Positions 1-9,935 of a stretch of 44,458 nucleotides of DNA are shown piece after piece. The DNA comes from Octopus bimaculoides. Its lineage: Eukaryota. A model generated the notes under the pieces. The model did not search any database, was not told the origin of the DNA, and worked only from the letters and a program-made list of their open reading frames with translations. How positions within the stretch are numbered: the stretch's first letter is position 1; each line of letters opens with the position of its first letter. Where the stretch lies: NCBI RefSeq assembly GCF_001194135.2, contig NC_068985.1, positions 119,615,934-119,660,391 on the forward strand, read 5' to 3'. The position numbers and the translations under genes were made by a program.

Positions 1-598
1 ATATGTGTGTGTGTGTGTGTGTGTGTGTTCATAAATCAATGAGTTAATTATTTCATAACAATATTTGTCGGAAGTTTCAGTAATGTCTGCAGTTCATAAA
101 TATTGGTTTCTTTTGTGTAAGCACACAAAAAAACCTATTAATTTTTTAAAGAAGTTACAAAATGGATACTGCGAATGTTTGTCCATTTCTCCCAAAGGCA
201 TAATTTAGCGTTAACCGAATACCGAAACTTTAGTAGCGATCTCTCTTTGCTATAGCTTTTACAGTTTGCTCTTGTACTGAGGTTTTGTGTACGAAAATAA
301 ACGTTATTATGTATAAAATTAGCGAGTTATGTCGAGTGGGATTTAGTTTTCAAACAAAATGATGCAATGTTCTCAATTTTCCTCGATTACGTTAAAAAGA
401 TAATCATTATAATATACTAAACCACGTTCCCTGTACATTTCTAACTTCATTTCCATGTAAGAAATCATTATTTAACTATTCTCAGGAAAAAGTGGTTAAC
501 ATTGAAGGCAGAGAACGGAATTAAATGTTTACATACCATGGGTTGGGTACAGAAATGAGCGTATTGGCAATTGACGAAAAGGGGTTCATCACAATCAT

Positions 599-631
<33 letters not shown>

Positions 632-694
632 GAAAGAGAGAGAAATAGAGAGAGAAAATGTGAGTGTTTGCATGTGTGAAAGAGCGGAAAAGTA

Positions 695-757
<63 letters not shown>
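599..757. repeat. (TAGA)n and (GA)n microsatellites
   Basis: Directly visible; they produce the low-complexity part of ORF 521-829. Confidence 0.95.
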
Positions 758-759
<2 letters not shown>

Positions 760-784
760 TTCTTTGCTTTTTTAGCGAGCTCAC

Positions 785-858
785 GCAGTTGTGGTAAAAG
801 GATTTGTTAGGCGCACCGTGTGAACGCACCGTTTCTGGACCCCTTAACGCTGCCGATT
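785..858 (-). CDS. Candidate small exon, possibly a distal exon of the minus-strand gene
   Basis: Very strong polypyrimidine acceptor (ttcttctctttttctttatttcttctcctcag|) and weaker donor TGC|gtgagc. GC-richer than its flanks; open in phase 1 to 0 (SAALRGPETVRSHGAPNKSFYHNC). No recognisable homology. Confidence 0.25.
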
Positions 859-1159
859 CTGAGGAGAAGAAATAAAGAAAAAGAGAAGAAACAGTTCAAG
901 CACGTGGCTGGTATTTTTTTTAACGATCTCTAAATGATCGAAGATAAAAATCAACCTCGGCAGTGTTTGAACTCGCATAGATAGAACAAATATCACAATA
1001 CATTGTAGACGTTCCAATGACTGTCAATTGTTCGGTTTTAGAGAACAATTTGAGATGTTTTATGAACCTGGGTAATTGCCTCAGACTTTGGCTATTTAAT
1101 TTTGCTTCTCATATTTTTAGTATTACCAACATCGTATGCTTTTGCTTTCATCTCACTAG

Positions 1160-1225
1160 AGGCAATAAATTATGAACATTCGGGGCCCTCTGATCTTATT
1201 GACGACAATAAAGAGGCAAAGAATG
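1160..1225 (+). CDS. Candidate 66-nt symmetric exon of an unidentified plus-strand transcript
   Basis: Acceptor cttttgctttcatctcactag|, donor AATG|gtaagg; open in phase 1-1 (AINYEHSGPSDLIDDNKEAKN). No homology recognised. Confidence 0.3.
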
Positions 1226-1859
1226 GTAAGGTATCGTTGTACTTCCGTCTGAGGTCCCTGCCCTCGGGTTTATTGATAGGAATTTTAATTTTGTCATACT
1301 CATATTGGAATATATTCACTTGATTTTATCGTTACTTCTGTAGCTAGAACTGAGTAATTTTACAGAACGTCAAATGAGATAGGGTAAAGCCGTAGAGAGA
1401 AGCATCTTATATCTTGTGAACCGAATCGCTGTACTAGGTCCGGTTTCCAACTGAATCAACTTCTTCCCTGAAGTACCTTGTATGACACCTTTACTGAAGT
1501 CCAGCTGGCGTAACAGTCTCTCCTCAATTGGCAGCACTCCGACTGTGTTTCGCTCTCACCACTATGCCCATTCACTCACTCACTCACTCATTCACTCAAT
1601 CTCTCCCTCTCTGTGTGCCTAGCTGTCTATCTATCCATCCATCTATTTCCCTACCTACACACACACACGTATATACATGTACATACATACATACATACAA
1701 ACATACATATATGCATACACACATATGGAATAGTTACTGTGAAGCATTGTGTAGAATATATTGTATAAAAGATCGTGGCTAAGAACAGAACAACGTGAAG
1801 TAAATGCAGGGCAAATCACAAGAAAACAAATATATGAATTAATGTAGACTTACCTTGCA

Positions 1860-1896
1860 TTCAATATTTCGGGGGTTATAACCCCATCCTCAGGAA
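1860..1896 (-). ncRNA. Minimal type-I hammerhead ribozyme motif in the inverted pLTR
   Basis: Minus strand reads UUC-CUGAGGA-UGGGG-UUAUAA-CCCCC-GAAA-UAUU-GAA: CUGAnGA core, 4-bp G-C helix II, GAAA, palindromic helix III (AUAU) and 3-bp helix I. Confidence 0.65.
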
Positions 1897-3124
1897 ATTA
1901 ACGAATGTTCCAGATGTGCGTGTGTGTGAGTGTGTGTGGAGTAGACATGTGCAGAATGTTGCTGCTATAGCAACCAGCTAGCTTCCTGTAACTCTTTTCT
2001 GTTGTTGATAGCCGGTTACTTTTGGTGTATAAGGATGGCCTCGGAGATTCTAAGGTTTGCTGTGTTGCCCTGATGTGCACTGTGAATTCCCGGGTTTGAC
2101 CATCACGCACACGGATAAGCTAGAATGCACAGCACTCAACACCTGCCGTTCATGCATCTTCTTCTCCAGGTACGTTGATGACATTCTTAAAATCACGTCC
2201 TCCAGGAATGAGGCCATTAACATACACCGGATCTTCAATAACATCTACATAAACATCAAATTCCAGATTGACTATCCAGACGAGTCTGGAATCCTTTCTC
2301 TGTGCTCGACGTTCAACTCAGTATCACAGAGGAAGGCTCCATTTTTACCAGCTTCTACAGAAAAGCTGCTAGCAGAAAACTTTTCTTCCTCAACCAAAGC
2401 CAAAGCCGCATACGTGAGAAACGAAATTGCACGTATAGACAACAATTGCAGCGAAGTGACCGACAAAGCCGTCAACACCAAGCAGTTCCTCAGAGACTTA
2501 ACCCTGAATGGCTACCCACCATCTTTAGCTAAACAACGGCGTCTAAAGAACATCAGGGTCAATAAACCCTGGGAGAACCCTCATACTCCCAAGTCCGGCA
2601 CGTGCTTCCTAAATCTACCACATTTTGATGACAGAACTACTGCAGCGGTACAACACGTAGTCCACAGGGAAGGACTCGACATACAGATAGTGCACACCGA
2701 CCCATCCCTGAGAAAAGCTCTGTCCACGAACAAAACTTTTCACCACTCCGAGGAGTGCACATTATCCAGCTGCCCCATCAATGACCCTGAAATGTGCCCG
2801 AGGACCTATGCTGTATACGAGATCATTTGTGGCAAATGTGGCGCATCCTATATAGGAAGCACAAAAACAAAACTTTATACGCATAAAACAACACGTGCAG
2901 GCAGACACTTCCGTGAAGAAACATCTACCAAAATGACAGACCCTGCAATTCACAGTGTGCATCACGGCAGCGCAACAGGAGCAGCTTTAGAATCTCCGAA
3001 GCCATCCTTATACACGAAAAGAAATCAACTATCAACAGCAGGAGAGAGTTACAGGAAGCTAACTTTCTGCGCATGCCCACTCCAAACACACTCACACACA
3101 CGCACATCTGCAACATTCGTAAAT

Positions 3125-3160
3125 TTCCTGAGGATGGAATCATAACTCTGAAATATAGAA
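3125..3160 (+). ncRNA. Degenerate minimal hammerhead ribozyme motif in the 3' pLTR
   Basis: TTC-CTGAGGA-TGGAATCATAACTCT-GAAA-TATA-GAA. The core is intact but helix II is poorly paired. Confidence 0.5.
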
Positions 3161-3510
3161 TGCAAGGTAAATCTACACTAATTCGTATATTTGTTTTCTT
3201 GTGATTTGCCTTGCATTTACTTCGCATGGTTCTGGCCTTACCCACGATCCTTTATATNNNNNNNNNNNNNNNNNNNNNNNNNNNNNNNNNNNNNNNNNNN
3301 NNNNNNNNNNNNNNNNNNNNNNNNNNNNNNNNNNNNNNNNNNNNNNNNNNNNNNNNNNNNNNNNNNNNNNNNNNNNNNNNNNNNNNNNNNNNNNNNNNNN
3401 NNNNNNNNNNNNNNNNNNNNNNNNNNNNNNNNNNNNNNNNNNNNNNNNNNNNNNNNNNNNNNNNNNNNNNNNNNNNNNNNNNNNNNNNNNNNNNNNNNNN
3501 NNNNNNNNNN

Positions 3511-3546
<36 letters not shown>

Positions 3547-3548
3547 AA

Positions 3549-3715
3549 TAAGGCGCAGGAGTGGCTGTGTGGTTAGAAGCTTTCTTCCCAACCACTTGGT
3601 TCCGGGTTCAGTCCAACTGCATGACACCTTCGGCAAATGTATTTTACTATATCCTCGGGCCGACCAAAGCCTTGTGAGCGGATTTCGTAGAAGTTAACTG
3701 AAAGAGGCCCGTCAT
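3549..3715 (+). mobile_element. tRNA-derived SINE, 5' part (CORE-like family)
   Basis: tRNA-like head (gtggctgtgtggttag...ggttcagtcc) followed by cctt(c/g)ggcaa and gccttgtgagcggattt. Same family as 19626 and 44169. Confidence 0.8.
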
Positions 3716-4124
3716 ATATCCATATCCTATTAAAAATTTGAATGATGTTTCTCTGTCCGTTGCGTTTTTATTTTCGTTAAGTCCTCTTAGACCGTTGGTG
3801 CAAAGACAACGAAACTCAAACCAGGAACTCCACTAATCCCGGGGAATATCCTAAGGGGGTATTTTTTTTAAGGACCACCTAATTGGGACCCCGCTGACCC
3901 CCACCCTATTTTTACTGCATTTTAAACTAAATACAAGGCATTGGAGACCAAATCGGAACAATGACAATGAATTTCATAACTTGACCTCTCAAGGAGTATC
4001 GTAAGGAAGTTCAATTTCTGAAGGGCCGCTTAAATGGGGTCCCCACTGACCCCCTACTTTTACTGCATAGAGAGTTTGGAATGAGGTATCGGATAATTAA
4101 TATCAGGAGATAGACATACTGTCT

Positions 4125-4331
4125 TCTCTACTCTAGGCACGAGGCCCGAAATTTTTGGGGGAGGGGACCAGTCGATTAGATCGATCCCAGAACGCAACTA
4201 ATACTTAACTTATCGACCCCGAAAGGATGAAAGGCAAAGTCGACCTTGGCGGAATTTGAACTCAGAGCGTAAAGACAGACGAAATACCGCTAAGCATTTC
4301 ACGCGGCTAACGTTTCTGCCAGTTCGCCGCC
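4125..4331 (-). mobile_element. tRNA-derived SINE, abundant family with central gcctttcatcctttcggggtcgataa block
   Basis: Reverse complement of the ggcggcgagctggcagaa...gttctgagttcaaattccgccgaggtcgactttgcctttcatcc unit seen at 26630 and 38991. Confidence 0.85.
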
Positions 4332-4344
4332 ATGAGATGCATAT

Positions 4345-4483
4345 ATAATGAATGTGTCCGAGTTCATTACATTACACAAGGATAGAGGGCCGCGAAGCGG
4401 CCAGATAGTGGGGCCAAAATCCTCAAAGGTACCCTCCGCAGGAGCCAGCCCAAATGCCGCCCGAAGAGCAGCTTCAAGGCTAG
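4345..4483 (+). mobile_element. Helitron-like 3' terminus remnant
   Basis: Perfect hairpin ggccgc-gaa-gcggcc (4388-4402), then a degenerate GAA-loop hairpin (4456-4472), then 7 nt, then CTAG|T at 4480-4483, the canonical Helitron end geometry. Confidence 0.5.
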
Positions 4484-4485
4484 TA

Positions 4486-4537
<52 letters not shown>

Positions 4538-5084
4538 GTGTGACTAATGCGTATTTGTACGTATGTTTGTATGTGCATAAAGATGTGTGTGTCTGTGCTT
4601 GTAAATAATGCACATGCGTGTCCGCATGTGTGTGTGTGTGTGTGTGTATGTGTGTGTGTGCGTGCGTGCGTGCGTGTGTGTGTGTGTGTGTGTGTGTGCG
4701 CGTGCGCTGTATTCTTTAGTGAAGCATTCTTTGTGTGTTGGAACAATAGCTTCTATTCAAATTATCCAGTGAATTGGTTGGATTCATTCTGCTAAACCAT
4801 ATTGAGATATTGTGCTTACAACACCATTAAGTAGTTAAGGTTAGCGATAACATCGGAATTCGTTTACGGATTACTTAGTTACCGTTACATCAGCTATTCT
4901 GCCATTCTGTTATACTACCTCCCTCACCCCCAGAAGCTAGTTGCTTGCATTCATATTAATTGTTTTAGGTTTGAATAGAGTTCAGTAATGAAGACTGTCG
5001 CCATTCCACTGAATGAAGAGAGACCCCCCCACCCAACCGCTTCCTCCTACCACCACTTTTTCGAGTAGGAGAAACGATACAACT

Positions 5085-5177
5085 ACAACAACAAAAGCAA
5101 CATCAGCAACAACAATTGCCAGAACAATAACCACGTTGAACTACAATTACTACTACTATTGCTGCTGCTGCTGCGGT

Positions 5178-5243
<66 letters not shown>

Positions 5244-5282
5244 NNNNNNNNNNCTACCACCACCACCACCACCACCACCATC

Positions 5283-5320
<38 letters not shown>

Positions 5321-5322
5321 AG
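5085..5322. repeat. Compound trinucleotide microsatellite (CAA/TAC/TGC/CAC) containing a 10-N gap
   Basis: Directly visible. Confidence 0.95.
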
Positions 5323-5605
5323 TTAATATCATTATCATGGCTATTTTTCACGGATGGTTGTACACTTGCTAATAATAGACAAAAGGACGAAATTAGGAAA
5401 TGAAATAATCAGGAAACGAGAAAAGGATGAATAAAACACGCATGTTTTGGCAATGGAAAATTTAAAAGACCTCTCGAAAAATCACGTTTACGTAGCATCA
5501 ATAGGCGTAATGGTGGTTGAAGTGGCAGCAGCAGTAGTATTAGTGATAGCATTTGGTATTTTGTAGTAGTAGAAGTAGTAGCTGTTGTAGTGGTACTAGG
5601 TTGTG

Positions 5606-6246
5606 TGGATCTTGTTCAAAACGGGGGCACCAGTTTTCATTTATGTTTTATGTAGTGTTTTTGGTACCGAAAGACTTTCAAACTTCGTATACTTATCTAT
5701 TTTGTGTTATAGAACAGAAAAAAATTTTTGTATTCGAATTTATTTCATGTAAAAAATTGTCTTATTTCAATAATTTCTACTAATCACTGACGTCTATTCA
5801 GTTGAAAACAGTTAGCGCTGTAACGGTGTATATCGTATTAATCCCCTAACCCTAACCCTAACCCTAACTAGACTGTTAACCCTAACCCTAACCCTAAAAC
5901 TAACCCTAACTCTAGAATCCTAACTCTAAAATTGTTACATACATAGATACGCACAGCGTAATTTATTATATAAACAATATATGCGTATAAATTACGATTA
6001 AACCGGATGAAATATGTCACAGGGAATAACATTTTTATGACCGCCCAGCAGTAACTCTATTGATCTGAATAGACGTCAGTGATTGGTTGAAATTACAGAA
6101 ATACGACAACTTCAACATGGAATAACTTGCGATGTACGTTTTTACTAAGAGTAAAAGATGTTTTATATGACACATTCTACCAGTGTCCCAAGTTTCAAAG
6201 TGTTTCGTTAAGAAAATACTGGTGCCCCCGTTTTAAAATAGATCCA
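5606..6246. mobile_element. Fold-back/MITE-like element with about 190-bp imperfect TIRs and an internal (CCCTAA)n tract
   Basis: Terminal 29-mers match as inverted repeats at 26/29 (tggatcttgttcaaaacgggggcaccagt). Perfect 20-bp inner inverted repeat at 5782-5801 / 6065-6084. (CCCTAA)n-like tract at 5843-5930. Confidence 0.8.
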
Positions 6247-6564
6247 TAGTATTTCGTATTTTGTAGTAGTAGAAGTAGTAGCTGTTGTAGTGGTACTAGG
6301 TTGTGTTACTAATAGTGATAATTTAGCGAAATTACTAGCTTCACGTCAAAATAGAATCTAGATTTGCGCTAGTTTTACATAAATGTGGCTTCAGAGTTTT
6401 TTTTTCTCTTTTAATTTTTAAATAGAGAGAATTAGGTGCAACTTCGAAAACTTAAAAATGCTGTGTACTAAAGTTCTAATACTATTTACAGATTCTTCAT
6501 GACAATAATAATGATGATGATGATAGTAAAGATGATGATAATAATAATGATAATAACAATAACA

Positions 6565-6960
6565 TGTGACCCGTAGCAAATAAGCTGATGTAGACCAGAA
6601 GCATACTCATCAGTGGCTACGGAGCTCAGGGCTAAAGACAGTTGAGTGAAGGCTTTATTTTGCTTATTGACCCGGAACTATCAAGCCGATGTGATGAAAA
6701 ATGGTGTAGACCGAAAGTGCCGATACTGCAACAATGGGATAGAAACAGTCGACCACCTAATCTCTGGATGTAAGGTTTTAGCACCTGTAGAGAGCAAACC
6801 AAGACTATACAGAATTGGCAAATATCTACATTGGATAATGTGTCGGCGTTATAAAATCAAAACTGCTGATAAATGGTACAAGCACCACTCTGAGGCTGTA
6901 ACTGAGGAATAAAATGTAAATACTCTTTGAGACTCACCAGTATATACAGACCGAACTGTT
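6565..6960 (+). mobile_element. RLE-type (Dong/R4/NeSL-like) LINE fragment: zinc knuckle and start of the restriction-like endonuclease
   Basis: WLRSSGLK..., KCRYCNNGIETVDHLISGC (CCHC knuckle), YLHWIMC...WYKH, then YTDRT. Contains frameshifts and stops. Confidence 0.85.
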
Positions 6961-8100
6961 TTCCTTCCATCCTGCTTTAGAGCACGCGCCCTAGCTCTGA
7001 CAATGTATCCTTCATGCTTATTGTTGAAGAATTGGTTCAGAACCAATCCCACCGCCAGCACATTGGTCACTATGCCTCTACTGAGTGCCTCTTCTAATTT
7101 CCTAACTAGGTCACCCTCTACTCTGGTCTTCTCTATCGCTAGTTCTCTGCTAAATTCTACAGCTTCTACGCTAATCGCCCCCTCCCACAACCATCGGCTG
7201 TTGACGACTGCACACGTCAACTTTCGATGGACTAATTTGCTAGGCCGGTTGACGCGCCGGGAAGGATGCGTTTAGCTTCCAGTATCCGGGTCCCTACGTA
7301 TGGAGCCTATTTGGGTTAATCGTACGGATCACAAACTTGCGGTCAGTGTAGTTGGCAAATTCAAATTGTGGACACACTATGGTAATCTGCTGGCCTACGA
7401 AATACCCTATGACCCGATACTGTTTGCCCATGTCCAGGTTCACCCTGCAGTCTTCAGCAAATCAAGTCTGAGGGAAATCAGGTTTGGGACTTTCTCTTAC
7501 TGCTCTGGCTTAACATGGAGAAGAACCTCCAAGGTAATCCCAACCCAGTTCTCCCTCCTCGATCTTTTAACATCCAGGAAATTCTCCCTCCATCGTCCGT
7601 ACAAATACAGGCGAAAATCCATCATAAATTCAAGCCTGGTAGGACACCAAGTGCCGTAAATCTTACCGCCCTTCTTCCAATGTACGTTGGGAAGAGGACG
7701 ATATTTTGGTGCTACGCGTGGTCACCGAGCTATGTATCGCCTGCTCCTCGGTCTTAAAAAGGACATCTACTCTGCCGTACTGCTTCGCTCTTGCAATATG
7801 GTAGATATCCTGCCATATGTCTTTCAAGGCCTTTTCCCACATGTTCGCGTTTAGCATTTTCGAGTTTCCTTGTCTTTATGTTCACGCGCCTGTAAACAAC
7901 TGTCCGTCTGGCTGTTGCTTCATTTACGTCGCTTGGAGGCGCTCCTTCCATTCATTTTCATATATTTTGCTGCTTCGTTTAGTTTTTCTATTCTCTTCTC
8001 CAATGAGATGTTAACCAATTCCTTTGGAGTAGTCTCTTTCCCGTCGCTAATTCCATTTTTCTAAGACTCTTCACCGTAGTTGCTGTCGTTTTGCATGCTA
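6961..8100 (-). mobile_element. Internally deleted L1/Tx1-like LINE fragment (ORF1 remnant joined to the post-endonuclease ORF2 linker)
   Basis: ORF1-like WEKALKDIWQDIYHIARAKQYGRVDVLF; ORF2-like ELAIEKTRVEGDLVRKLEEAL...KHEGYIVRARARAL. No endonuclease domain recognisable between them. 5' boundary approximate. Confidence 0.65.
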
Positions 8101-8339
8101 CTACAATTTCCATGTAGTGAAGAAGACTTCACTTGTTCGTTTCTCTCGATTTTCTCTGGTTGTCTCTTTGACAGAGATGCAGTCCTGATCAAGCATATAC
8201 CGAAGTAGGGTGCCTGGCGCCTAAAGTGCCGTCAAGCGTTCACAACCTGCTACCAGTCTGCAATGCAGTAAGTGGAAGCTTCACAGGCAAACATCACGGC
8301 ATTCGCAGAGAAACACTGGGCGCTGTTGAGAATTAACTG

Positions 8340-8745
8340 GATGGTCTGTTCCTAGGGAATTTGGGGCCGGATCCAATAGCTAATTTCCAAAATCACCTGG
8401 CCCGGCTGTTCTACTGGGGGCAATTACCAATTCGCGATAAATTCTATGGAGATGTGTGTGCCGTCAGTAGAACCTGTCTGAGATGCACTCAAGGTAACGA
8501 AACCGTAATGCATGCACTCGTGAAATGCCTGGTCATAGCTGAATACTTGAGTTGTTGGACAGCTACGAACACATGAAAGGCGGATACTGTTAAGAGTTGG
8601 ATCCGTCGTGAAGGTTGGTGTTCTGCTACTTTCCTTCAGCCAGGAAGGACAAGTGGTCTTTGTCTGCCGGCTTGGCGAAAAAGGCTGTGTGGTGCACGAA
8701 ACTAAAAAAGCCGAAAGCAGACGCATTCCTCTTTCCTGAAACCTT
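8340..8745 (+). mobile_element. L1/Tx1-like ORF2 C-terminal zinc-finger fragment
   Basis: LFYWGQLPIRDK...CLRCTQGNETVMHALVKC (C-x2-C...H-x4-C), then AGLAKKAVWCT. Confidence 0.75.
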
Positions 8746-9359
8746 CACTCAATACAGAGTGAAATTACGACAAAATTACTTTATTACAACACTATCCGTA
8801 AACCACTATCCATTCCACCTTGACACGGGAAACAAAACACTCAATTATCGAATTAACTGTGATGTGAGTTACCTAAATAGCTTCAAACACTGTATTGGCA
8901 TGTACACGAGTCATAATAAGTGTAGAGGGGTAGCAACTGTCGCGTTCGGCTGGGACCCAGTTTGCCTGTTCCCACTGTTGTAATCATCAAAATCTACTGA
9001 CGTATAGAAATAAAATGAACTGTCTCGCTTTCTTCCTTACAATTATTCGCTGCACGTCGGTGACTACATGGTTGTTCTCTGCTTGATGAAAGTATGGTAT
9101 AACAACTGATCTAAGAATCTCACGTAGTCGCTCAGTCAACTATCAGCGTGATACAGGACTGCTCGATTACAGGTGAAAACAATAGTAGAGCTCATACTTA
9201 GAAAGACAAATTGCATACTAAGTCAAACCACAAAACCATATAATGGTTCACTGTAACTTCCTCTTAGGCAAGTACATAGCGGTTAATATTGATTTCATCT
9301 GGTAATTTCATCACTAAGTGATTAGATCACGAGACATTACGTCTGTAAATTTGTAAATT

Positions 9360-9935
9360 CATATTTTTTATCCGCTGAGTAAATACATCACTAAACATTA
9401 TTGAATTCCTTTTTATTTGCTGAGTAAATATGCGCCGCATTTCAATAACAAAGAGAGAAATAAATGGATATTTAAGGTCAAAATTTTCTGTTCTTCGATC
9501 AGAAATTTTTCTAAAATCTTGAAGAACGAAGTAATTATCGAACAGTAAGTATATTGTCACAGTAGAAATTCTGCATTGCGAAAAGAATATAAAGATTGTG
9601 CAGTGAGAATTCAAAGCATCGTCTTGAATCTCAAAATCATGAAAGACTTGACTAAGAAACATTGTTCGTTTAGAATGTTTGTTTCTTCTTTCAATTAAAA
9701 TGACGTTATCTTTTTACTGTAATTTTTTACCGATTCTAAGTAATTTTGATTACTTTTTTCATGCAAATATTAAGTAAATTTTATATAAATAAATTTTTGT
9801 CTTCGAAATTTATTTTCATTGTTTGAGAAACGCAACGTATTTACACTGCGAATAAACGATTTTAATATTTAGTATTTACACCGCGGATAAAAAAAATTAA
9901 GTAACGTTCAGTGACGTATGTACACTGTGGTTAAA
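9360..9935. repeat. AT-rich segment bounded by nested inverted copies of a 20-23 bp motif (MITE-like)
   Basis: 9364-9386 vs 9872-9894 match as inverted repeats at 21/23; 9412-9431 vs 9837-9856 at 16/20; a third partial copy lies at about 9919. Confidence 0.5.

Larger units (their letters stand above)
1763..3257 (+). mobile_element. 5'-truncated Penelope-like retroelement (RT C-terminus plus GIY-YIG endonuclease) with inverted pseudo-LTR
   Basis: 2088-3075 encodes the RT motif RYVDDIL and the GIY-YIG motif VYEIICGKCGASYIGST. Frameshifted continuations read IKQHVQADTSVKKHL and RISEAILIHEKKSTINSRRE. 1763-2087 is the reverse complement of about 2945-3257. Confidence 0.92.

Noticed and set aside
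2057-3145. 362-aa ORF as an intact gene
   Set aside because: It is a 5'-truncated Penelope RT/GIY-YIG relic; the frame leaves the real protein after about YIGSTKTKL (frameshift near 2880).
3173-3636. ORFs spanning N-runs (also 20509-21459, 23176-23800, 25650-25967, 36245-36575, 39898-40635)
   Set aside because: They are open only because assembly gaps contain no stop codons.
3870-4070. Imperfect direct repeat gggaccccgctgacccc...tttactgcat (about 3885 and 4035)
   Set aside because: Probably subterminal repeats of a decayed DNA transposon; no termini or TSD could be defined.
4299-5372. ORFs of poly-HT/CV, poly-Y/T/V/G; likewise SIYL, SLSL, poly-I/N/L/R/F/S ORFs elsewhere
   Set aside because: Translations of microsatellites, with no splice or homology support.
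5843-5930. (CCCTAA)n as a chromosome end or fusion site (also degenerate TTAGGG at about 34600-34680)
   Set aside because: Short, degenerate and enclosed within a TIR element; no head-to-head array.
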